Below are positions 9,876-17,082 of a stretch of 64,000 bases of DNA, piece by piece (position 1 is the stretch's first letter; every line of letters starts with the position of its first letter). A program made the translations under genes and the position numbers. The notes beneath the pieces are model-generated. The model did no database searches and was not told the DNA's origin. It saw only the letters and a program-made list of their open reading frames with translations. This DNA comes from Gammaproteobacteria bacterium. Its GTDB lineage: Bacteria; Pseudomonadota; Gammaproteobacteria; Ga0077536. The DNA lies in contig JADLGE010000023.1 in NCBI GenBank assembly GCA_020849475.1, forward strand, positions 8,153 to 72,152, in the 5' to 3' direction.

Positions 9876-11600
9876 TCAGGCTACTTGCTGCTGCGCCCAC
9901 CAGCGGCGCACCGAGGCATTGACCTCGGCGGCGTGGAAACGCGCGACCTTGTTGCTCGGTTCGAGCGCTTCTTCGTAGAAGAAAGTCGGCAGTTCGTCGT
10001 CGGCTTCGGTGAAACCCGCGGCCTTGTTGAACTCCGCTTCCATGCGCAGCGTCTGACGACCGAGGGTACGGAACCAGTCGGTGCTGAACGCCGTGCCGCA
10101 GGCCGCGTTGATGGAGTCCACCACCATCTCGACATTGGCATTCGTCACTGAGCGGCCGAACACGCACAGACCGAGGGAATCGGCGGTCGCGCACAGGGTC
10201 TGCATTTCCATGCTGACATCGACCAGCTCATCGACGTTCTTGCCGCTGCATTCGAACTTCGGTGCGTTGCCGGTGGTGTGATCGGCGCCCTGCGCGGTGA
10301 CCATCATGGAGATGCCAGTCACTTCAATCACGCGCGGATCGTAGGCGCTGATGCCCTGCTTCTTGATCACCGGGCAGCGCGCCACCCGGTAATGCGCACC
10401 CACAGCCGCCGTGCCCTGAGCCCACAGGCGGCCGTCGGCACTGCCCGCACGCAGTTCTTCCATCACGCGCGTCAGGAAGGCCACATCGCCGAAAGGCGCG
10501 AGGCCGGCATCGAGCAACACGCCCATCATGGCGCCGGTCTCGATGGTGTCGATGCCGAGATCGTTGGCGTGCCAGTTCAAACGCGCGAGGTCGTCCGGGT
10601 CGGTGAGGCCGCAGTTGGTGCCCATGAGGCCCAGGGTCTCGTACTCCACCGGTGAGACTATCTCTTTTCCGTCAGCGTCGGCGTAGACATTGCTGCATTC
10701 GATGAGGCAGCCCGGCATGCAGGCATGGGAGGTCTCGCCACCGCGCTCGAGATTCTGCGCGCGAATGAAATCGCCGCCCATCTTCAACACGCCGTTGGCG
10801 ATATCCACCTGTCGGCCAGACGTGAAATTGTTCACCGGCAGGCCGCCGACGTGGTTGGTGTAGTCGGCCATCATGGCCGTGCCGTAATCCTTCAGCACGT
10901 TGATGGCCTCATCGGCGCGCAGCTTGGCGCCGTAGTCCTTGATGTTGCCCAGCACCTTCTTACGATCGTGAAAGGTCGGCATGCGATCGAGATCGATGAC
11001 GATGGCCTTCAGTTTCTTCACGCCCATCACCGCGCCCACGCCACCGCGCGCGGCGAGACGCGCCGGGCGCTTGTCGGTGTCGCTCATGGAGATGCCGGCC
11101 AGCAGGCCGCCATATTCACCGACAGGCCCGCAAATCGCGACGCTGACTTTCTGTCCGTAGACCTCGTGCAGCATGGCGGCCGTTTCAAACGTGCCGCGGC
11201 CGACATAGGGCGTGCCACTGGTGAATTCCACCGTGCCGTCCTTCTTGAGATACATGACGGTCCAGTCGTCGCAGCCGCCGTAGAGCGTGAAGCCGGCGAT
11301 GGAGAGCTGGCCCATGGCGAGCCCGAAAGAACCACCGGCATTGGCTTCCTTGATGCCGCCGGTCAGGGGACTCTTGCAGCCGACGCTGGTGCGGTTGGCA
11401 TTGGACCAGTTGCTGCCGGCGAAGGGCCCGGCGGAAAAAATCAGCGGATTGTCGGTGCTGAGCGGGTCGACCGTGGCGGCGCCGAGTTCGAGCAGGGTCT
11501 TGGCGATGAAATAGCGCCCGGCGTGGGCCACCTGCTCGCCGCTGAACTGCTCCTCGCGCACGCTGCGCTGGGTCAGACTGATGTGTAGGTATTTGCGCAC
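9876..11600 (-). CDS. aor: Aldehyde:ferredoxin oxidoreductase (tungsten/molybdopterin AOR family)
   Basis: 574 aa. AOR N-terminal domain (HISLTQRSVREE...GRYFIAKTLLELGA...NPLIFSAGPFAGSN...TSVGCKSPLTGG) and AOR C-terminal segments (EYETLGLMGTNCGLTDPDDLARLNWHANDLGIDTIETG). Confidence 0.85.
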   Translation of the reverse strand: MRKYLHISLTQRSVREEQFSGEQVAHAGRYFIAKTLLELGAATVDPLSTDNPLIFSAGPFAGSNWSNANRTSVGCKSPLTGGIKEANAGGSFGLAMGQLSIAGFTLYGGCDDWTVMYLKKDGTVEFTSGTPYVGRGTFETAAMLHEVYGQKVSVAICGPVGEYGGLLAGISMSDTDKRPARLAARGGVGAVMGVKKLKAIVIDLDRMPTFHDRKKVLGNIKDYGAKLRADEAINVLKDYGTAMMADYTNHVGGLPVNNFTSGRQVDIANGVLKMGGDFIRAQNLERGGETSHACMPGCLIECSNVYADADGKEIVSPVEYETLGLMGTNCGLTDPDDLARLNWHANDLGIDTIETGAMMGVLLDAGLAPFGDVAFLTRVMEELRAGSADGRLWAQGTAAVGAHYRVARCPVIKKQGISAYDPRVIEVTGISMMVTAQGADHTTGNAPKFECSGKNVDELVDVSMEMQTLCATADSLGLCVFGRSVTNANVEMVVDSINAACGTAFSTDWFRTLGRQTLRMEAEFNKAAGFTEADDELPTFFYEEALEPSNKVARFHAAEVNASVRRWWAQQQVA

Positions 11601-11703
11601 GGGACCTCCTCGAATTCACTGTGCTTGGCTGACGCCGAGTATATCGACAGGTCGACGCTTTGCCGTCATTCCCCCAAGCACTGTGTGGCCAAGGGCTCGC
11701 GGC

Positions 11704-12456
11704 TCAGTCGTCGTCGATGTGCTTACGCAGTTCTATCGGCGCCACCGTACGGCGGCGCAGTTGCAGGTTGAGCAGTTCCACCGCCACCGAGAACGCCATG
11801 GCGAAATAGATGTAGCCCTTGGGAATGTGGAAATCGAGCCCTTCGCCGATCAGCGCCACACCGATCAGCACCAGGAAGGAGAGGGCCAGCATCTTGATGG
11901 TGGGATGGGCGTCGACGAAGTCCGATATCGGCCCGGACGCCACCATCATCACCGCCACCGCGATCATGATGGCCGCGATCATGATCTCGATGTCGCTGGC
12001 GAGACCGACAGCCGTGATCACCGAGTCCAGTGAAAACACGATATCGAGCACGCCTATCTGGATGATGGTGCTGAAGAAGCCTGCGTGGCCGCCGGCCGCG
12101 TTGCCGGTGTCTTCGACACCTTCCAGTGAGTGATGAATCTCGAGCGTGGACTTGGCGAGCAGGAACAGGCCGCCGCCGATGAGGATGAAATCACGGCCCG
12201 ACAGTTCCACACCGAAGACGGTCATGAGCGTGGCCTTGAGCTTCATGATCCAGGTCAGCGCCAGCAGCAGCAGGATGCGCGTGCCCATGGCGAGGCCGAG
12301 GCCAATCACGCGTCCGCGCTTGCGTTGCTCGGGCGGCAGGCGGCCGACCAGGATGGCGATGAAGATGATGTTGTCGATGCCGAGCACGATCTCGAGGAAC
12401 GTGAGGGTGGCCAACGCCACCCAGGCTTCCGGTGAACTCAACCATTCCATCGCCAA
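11704..12456 (-). CDS. TerC family integral membrane protein
   Basis: 250 aa. TerC hallmark EIVLGIDNIIFIAILVGRLPPEQRKRGR and a repeated membrane-core architecture. Confidence 0.85.
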   Translation of the reverse strand: MAMEWLSSPEAWVALATLTFLEIVLGIDNIIFIAILVGRLPPEQRKRGRVIGLGLAMGTRILLLLALTWIMKLKATLMTVFGVELSGRDFILIGGGLFLLAKSTLEIHHSLEGVEDTGNAAGGHAGFFSTIIQIGVLDIVFSLDSVITAVGLASDIEIMIAAIMIAVAVMMVASGPISDFVDAHPTIKMLALSFLVLIGVALIGEGLDFHIPKGYIYFAMAFSVAVELLNLQLRRRTVAPIELRKHIDDD

Positions 12457-13605
12457 TCAACCCTCGCTGTCCGGCGCCAGTCGCGCGCGAATCAAATCAC
12501 AGACTTCACGCACCGCGCCGGCGCCGGCGCCTGCCTGGCACACATAATTCACCGCGCGCCGCACCGCCGGCACGGCATCGGCCGGACAGCATGACAGCCC
12601 CACGACGCGCAGACCGGGCAGATCGTTGACGTCATCGCCGATGTACGCCATTTCCGCCAGGCTCACACCAAACTGCGGTGCGTATTCATCCAGCCACGCG
12701 CGCTTGTTCTTCACGCCCGGGAAATAATCGGTGATGCCGAGCTTGCGCATGCGCGCGCGCACCACCGCGCTGGTCTCGGCCGTCACCACGCACACCCGCA
12801 CGCCGGCATCGCGCAGCATGAGCATGCCCTTGGCATCGCGCGTGTCGAATTTCTTCAAGGCTTCGCCGCGGCCGTCGTAATACATGCCGGCATCGGTCAA
12901 GGTGCCGTCCACGTCGACCACCAAGAGGCGAATATCGTGGGCGGCCGTCACGCGCGGCTTGAGCAGCGCCTCGATGACGGGCCAGTCGGCCGGTTCGTCG
13001 AGCTCCGCCGCGCACTCCTCGTGCATCACGTGTACGCCTGTGCGACCGCCCAGGCGCACGCCGGTTTCATCGAGCAGGCGACGCCGCGTGAAATAGAACG
13101 CGCCGTTCTCCATCACCGTGCCGGCGAAGTCCTGGCGGCGGGGTCGATGGGCGGGGTCGTAGTTGAGCGCCTGGCCATCGTGACGCCAGAAGAAACGCTT
13201 GAGTTCGACGCCGGTCAGCAGCGAATCGAGCCCTTCACTTTCAAAGCGCGCACGCGCGGCGCGGAAATCCTCGACACGGGTCAAGGGTGAGGTGGCCTGG
13301 ATCAGGCACAGCACATCGCAGTCGACGTTCGCGGCGAGTTCCAGCATCACCGACTCGCTGCTGGCGGTGTCGGTGGCGTTGGCGGGATCGCGGTCCACCA
13401 CTTCGATGCGCGCGCCGTAGCGGGCGCGGGCGTCGGCGCGGATGTCCTCGGCGTCGGACATCACGTAGATGGCATCGAAGCAGCCCGAGTCGAGCGCGGC
13501 TTCGAGGCTCCAGGCGTACAGCGGTCGCCCGGCGATGGTGCGCAGATTCTTGCCGGGTATCGACTTCGAGCCACCGCGCAGCGGCAGCAGGGCGACCCAG
13601 CGCAT
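12457..13605 (-). CDS. neuA: Bifunctional acylneuraminate cytidylyltransferase-family CMP-sugar synthetase fused to a KdsC-type HAD sugar-phosphate phosphatase
   Basis: The real start is the internal Met of the 587-aa track ORF (MRWVALLPLRGGSKSIPGKNL = CMP-NeuAc synthetase N-terminus). The C-terminal half matches the KdsC/YrbI family (VVDVDGTLTDAGMYYD...IGDDVNDLPGL...AGAGAVREVCDLI). The start codon overlaps the upstream stop (TGATG). Confidence 0.8.
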   Translation of the reverse strand: MRWVALLPLRGGSKSIPGKNLRTIAGRPLYAWSLEAALDSGCFDAIYVMSDAEDIRADARARYGARIEVVDRDPANATDTASSESVMLELAANVDCDVLCLIQATSPLTRVEDFRAARARFESEGLDSLLTGVELKRFFWRHDGQALNYDPAHRPRRQDFAGTVMENGAFYFTRRRLLDETGVRLGGRTGVHVMHEECAAELDEPADWPVIEALLKPRVTAAHDIRLLVVDVDGTLTDAGMYYDGRGEALKKFDTRDAKGMLMLRDAGVRVCVVTAETSAVVRARMRKLGITDYFPGVKNKRAWLDEYAPQFGVSLAEMAYIGDDVNDLPGLRVVGLSCCPADAVPAVRRAVNYVCQAGAGAGAVREVCDLIRARLAPDSEG

Positions 13606-14492
13606 CAGCGCAGATGCACTCCGGGCAGGCGCTTCAGCTTGGCGCGCTGCGGGGCTTCGATGTCGAGAATGGCGGTCGGCTTGTGCGTGAGGGCGATGGC
13701 CACCGCGCGCACGTCGCGCACCAGCTTGCGCAGACCGTCGGGCTCGAGCGAGGCCGGATGATCGGTGCCCTTCCAGGTGCGGTCGAGAGTGAAATGGCGC
13801 TCCACCCAGTTGGCGCCCAAGGTCACCGCGGCGACGTCGACGGCAATGCCGAGATGGTGACCGGAGAAACCGATGTCGTTGACGCGATGGGCATAGAGCT
13901 CGCGCAGGCGCGCGACTTCCAGCAGGCACACCTGATCGAACGGCACCGGGTAGCCCGAGGTGCAGGCATACAGCACCACGCGGCCCTGCACGCCGAGGCG
14001 CTCGAGCAGGGTGACGATTTCTTCCTGTTCGGCGGGCGTGGTCATGCCCATCGAAATATGTATTTCGCCGGCGTAGTCGCGGGCCAGGAACTCCAGCATC
14101 TCGAAATGCAGGTTGCAGGCCGACGGCACTTTCAACATGTAGGGCTTGAGCGCGACCATTTCGCGCGCCGAGGTCATGTCCCACACCGAAGTCGAATAGC
14201 CGATGCCGAACTCTTCGCACCAGCGCATGAGCTGGCGATGCTGATCGGGATCGAACTCGAGGAATTCGCGGTGCTCGCCATAGGTCTCGCCATAGCTGTT
14301 GGCGGGATTGGGATGGGGCGCGTTGTATTCCTCGGGTGTCAGGAGCTCGCGGTTGCAGCGCTTCTGGAACTTGACGAAATCGGCCTTGGCGAAGCGCGCC
14401 GCCGATTCAATCAGGTCGCGGGCGATGGCCATGTCGCCTTTGTGGTTGCAGCCGATTTCGGCTACCACGCGTGGATGCGGTCGTTGGCTCAC
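13605..14492 (-). CDS. neuB: NeuB-family nonulosonic acid (sialic acid / KDN-9-phosphate type) synthase
   Basis: NeuB motif VVAEIGCNHKGDM and TIM-barrel segments (KADFVKFQKR, YMLKVPSACN). Start taken as GTG at 14492, preceded by a perfect AAGGAG Shine-Dalgarno 7 nt upstream. Alternative ATG at 14588 has no SD and would overlap the upstream gene by 76 nt. About 295 aa, apparently lacking a C-terminal SAF domain. Confidence 0.7.
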   Translation of the reverse strand: MSQRPHPRVVAEIGCNHKGDMAIARDLIESAARFAKADFVKFQKRCNRELLTPEEYNAPHPNPANSYGETYGEHREFLEFDPDQHRQLMRWCEEFGIGYSTSVWDMTSAREMVALKPYMLKVPSACNLHFEMLEFLARDYAGEIHISMGMTTPAEQEEIVTLLERLGVQGRVVLYACTSGYPVPFDQVCLLEVARLRELYAHRVNDIGFSGHHLGIAVDVAAVTLGANWVERHFTLDRTWKGTDHPASLEPDGLRKLVRDVRAVAIALTHKPTAILDIEAPQRAKLKRLPGVHLR

Positions 14493-14511
14493 TGCCCTGC
14501 TCCTTAAAATA

Positions 14512-15966
14512 TCAAGGCGCGACCTGGTCGGTCGCGCGACTGGCCGAAGCGGGCGCGCCGGCAAGGCGGCGGGCGGCTTCGGGGTCATGGATGCGAAACA
14601 CGTAGGGTGAACGGGCCTCGGCCCGCACACTGCCAAAGCGCCCGAGTTCGGCGCCGAAGCGCGCGATACGGGCATTCAGTTCGGGCACGGTCACGCCCGG
14701 GAATCGATGCGCATGGTAGGCGGCACTGTTGCGGTGGTTGGGCCTCATGCCGTTGATGCGCTTGACCAGAGTGCGGATGTTACCGGTCAGCCACGCGCGG
14801 AGCCAGGGTAAGGGCGCTGGCCGTCGCGGCGCCTGCTCGGCGTAGCCATTGGCCAGCAGCACGTCCATGACGCGATCACAGGCCAGCGCGCCATGGGTGG
14901 CGGCGAGGTGACGGTCGAACAGACGCTCACGGGTGGCGGCGTCGACCAGGCCGCGGCGACCGTCGAGAATTTCACCGAGCATGGCGCGCACCTCGTCCTG
15001 GCTGGCCGCGCAGTGGCTCAGACCATTCGGCAGGTGATAGTCGAAAGTCTCGGACCTGACCGGCATGTAGCTCACGGCCGGAGTGTCGAGCACGCTCGCT
15101 TCGACCGCCGTCGTGCAGCCGTTATGCAGCAGCACCTTGGCCGCCATCAGCCATGGCACCACGTTGCCGTGATGGGCGACCTCGACCGCCGGGCACGCGG
15201 CAAGGATGTCGCGCCACACGTCATGGTTTTCCGAGGGATGCGGGCGCAGCACGATGCGCTGGCCGGGAAACCAGCCGGCGAGACGTGGCAAAAGATCGCG
15301 GAAATGATCGTAAATCGCCTGTTGATGGGCGGCCATGCCGCGCGCGAACTCGAGACTCATGCCGCGCCCGGTGCGACTCACCTGCGCCTGCCCGTGGCCG
15401 TCGCGTTCGATGAGATTGAGCGCCGGCACGAAGTTGTTCACGAACGAAAAATTGGTGTTGACCAGGATGAAGTCGCCATAGCGCGCTTTCAGCGCCGCTA
15501 CTTCCTCGGCGAAATAGCCGCGCACTTCGGGGCGCAATTGATCGATGCGCGGGTTGCCGGTCACATGCACCGGCACGCCGTTGTAGCCTTCATAGCTCTT
15601 GAAGAACTCGGCGTCGTCCTCACCCCATGCGAACAGCCGGTCGATGACCTTGAAGGTCTCTTCCGAATAGCGCCACGCGTAGTACTCAGGCGAGGTGTAG
15701 CGCACCAGGCTCTCTTCATCCCAGGCCACGATGTCGTGGCCGAGACCGCGGATGAGATTGAGCATGAGTTTGCTCAAAGACCGCATGCTCTTGGCCAGGA
15801 ACAGGCCGCGCGGCAGATAGGGCATGGCGAAGTTGATGTAAGTGCGCGAGCCGATGATGACCGGCAGGCCGCGTTCGGCCGCCACGCACGCCAGCAGCAG
15901 CTTGGCGTCCATTTCACGCACCTGGTTCTCGACCGGAATGATGAGCGTGGACGGGCTGGCCGTCAT
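14512..15966 (-). CDS. Putative CMP-sugar-dependent glycosyltransferase (HP-motif, sialyl-/Kdo-transferase-like surface carbohydrate biosynthesis protein)
   Basis: 484-aa ORF immediately upstream of, and co-directional with, neuB/neuA (stop 20 nt before the neuB SD). Contains a His-Pro motif (RIVLRPHPSENHD) of the kind used by GT-B sialyl/Kdo transferases to bind the CMP phosphate. CDS call is confident; function is inferred. Confidence 0.5.
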   Translation of the reverse strand: MTASPSTLIIPVENQVREMDAKLLLACVAAERGLPVIIGSRTYINFAMPYLPRGLFLAKSMRSLSKLMLNLIRGLGHDIVAWDEESLVRYTSPEYYAWRYSEETFKVIDRLFAWGEDDAEFFKSYEGYNGVPVHVTGNPRIDQLRPEVRGYFAEEVAALKARYGDFILVNTNFSFVNNFVPALNLIERDGHGQAQVSRTGRGMSLEFARGMAAHQQAIYDHFRDLLPRLAGWFPGQRIVLRPHPSENHDVWRDILAACPAVEVAHHGNVVPWLMAAKVLLHNGCTTAVEASVLDTPAVSYMPVRSETFDYHLPNGLSHCAASQDEVRAMLGEILDGRRGLVDAATRERLFDRHLAATHGALACDRVMDVLLANGYAEQAPRRPAPLPWLRAWLTGNIRTLVKRINGMRPNHRNSAAYHAHRFPGVTVPELNARIARFGAELGRFGSVRAEARSPYVFRIHDPEAARRLAGAPASASRATDQVAP

Positions 15967-16129
15967 GGGAGTGAAAGCTTCATGGGCGTGGCGACTGAAA
16001 AACGGGACGGCGCGGCATCAAGGCGCGCAGTTGACCCGAATTGCCGGCGCTTGGCAACCGCTGACGCCGTTACGCCGACGGCGCGCGGCTGTGCCATCAT
16101 CCCGCGCCCGTCAGCACAGGAACGAGACC

Positions 16130-16975
16130 ATGAACCAAGCCAGCACGCCCGCTAATGAGCAGGCCGCCTACTGGAACGAGGAAGGCGGCGCACGCTGGGT
16201 GCGCCACATCGACGGCGTCGAAACCATGCTTGAGCCCTTGAACGCGCGCCTGCTGGAATGCGTGGCGGCCGCGGCCGGCGAACGGGTGCTGGATGTCGGC
16301 TGCGGCGGTGGCATCACCAGCGCGGCGCTCGCGCGCGCGGTCGGCGAGCGCGGCCACGTGACGGGACTCGATGTCTCGAAAGTCATCCTCGATGTCGCGC
16401 GCGCACGCTACGCCAGCCTCCCCAACCTCGAATTCCTGCTCGCTGATGCCGGCATGCACGCCTTCGCGCCGGCCAGTTACGACCTCCTGACCTCGCGTTT
16501 CGGCGTGATGTTCTTTCCCGCCCCGCACGCCGCCTTTGCCAACCTGCGGCGCGCCATGAAGCTTGGCGCAAGGCTGTGCTTCCTGTGCTGGCGCCGCTTG
16601 GACGAGAACCCGTGGATGGGTCTGGCCGCCGCGGCTGCCTTCAGCGTGCTGCCACCGCCGCCCCGGCCCGAGCCCGGCGCGCCGGGGCCGTTCTCGTTTG
16701 CCAAGCGCGAGCGTGTCACCGACATCCTGACGGTCGCGGGTTTCGGCAACATCGAATTCGAAGCGGTCGACCGCGGCATCGACCTCGGCAGTCTCGACGA
16801 AGCGATGACATGGCTGACGAACATGGGCCCCGCCGCGCAACCGCTGCGTGAAGCGAATGAAGATCATCGTGCGCAGGCGCTGGACGCCATGCGCGAGGCC
16901 CTGGGCAATGCGGAGCGTAACGGCCGGGTGGTGTTGAACGGCGCGACCTGGGTGGTGAAGGCGCAGGCCTCGTAG
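16130..16975 (+). CDS. Class I SAM-dependent methyltransferase
   Basis: Start refined to MNQAS (ATG 16130, AGGAA upstream). SAM-binding motif VLDVGCGGGITSAALA. Confidence 0.8.
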   Translation: MNQASTPANEQAAYWNEEGGARWVRHIDGVETMLEPLNARLLECVAAAAGERVLDVGCGGGITSAALARAVGERGHVTGLDVSKVILDVARARYASLPNLEFLLADAGMHAFAPASYDLLTSRFGVMFFPAPHAAFANLRRAMKLGARLCFLCWRRLDENPWMGLAAAAAFSVLPPPPRPEPGAPGPFSFAKRERVTDILTVAGFGNIEFEAVDRGIDLGSLDEAMTWLTNMGPAAQPLREANEDHRAQALDAMREALGNAERNGRVVLNGATWVVKAQAS

Positions 16976-17050
16976 GTGCGATTTCAATCGCACATTCATG
17001 GCGCGGCACCGGCGTGTCGCCAATCGAATGTGCGAATGAATTCGCACCTG
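16974..17050. repeat. Family A palindromic intergenic element, paired form (U - 28 nt - U')
   Basis: U = AGGTGCGATTTCAATCGCACATTCA. U' = AATGTGCGAATGAATTCGCACCTG. The element begins with the TAG stop of the methyltransferase gene. Confidence 0.8.
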
Positions 17051-17082
17051 CCGCGCTGCCATCGCCTGGCGGCGATAGACCT

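Noticed and set aside
12457-14220. 587-aa single ORF from the track
   Set aside because: Its 5' 205 codons run through the neuB gene in another frame. The real neuA start is the internal Met at 13605, where the CMP-synthetase N-terminus motif begins and where the upstream stop overlaps (TGATG).
14893-16155. 420-aa + strand ORF
   Set aside because: Antisense shadow of the 484-aa transferase-like gene and of the methyltransferase N-terminus. No domain signal.
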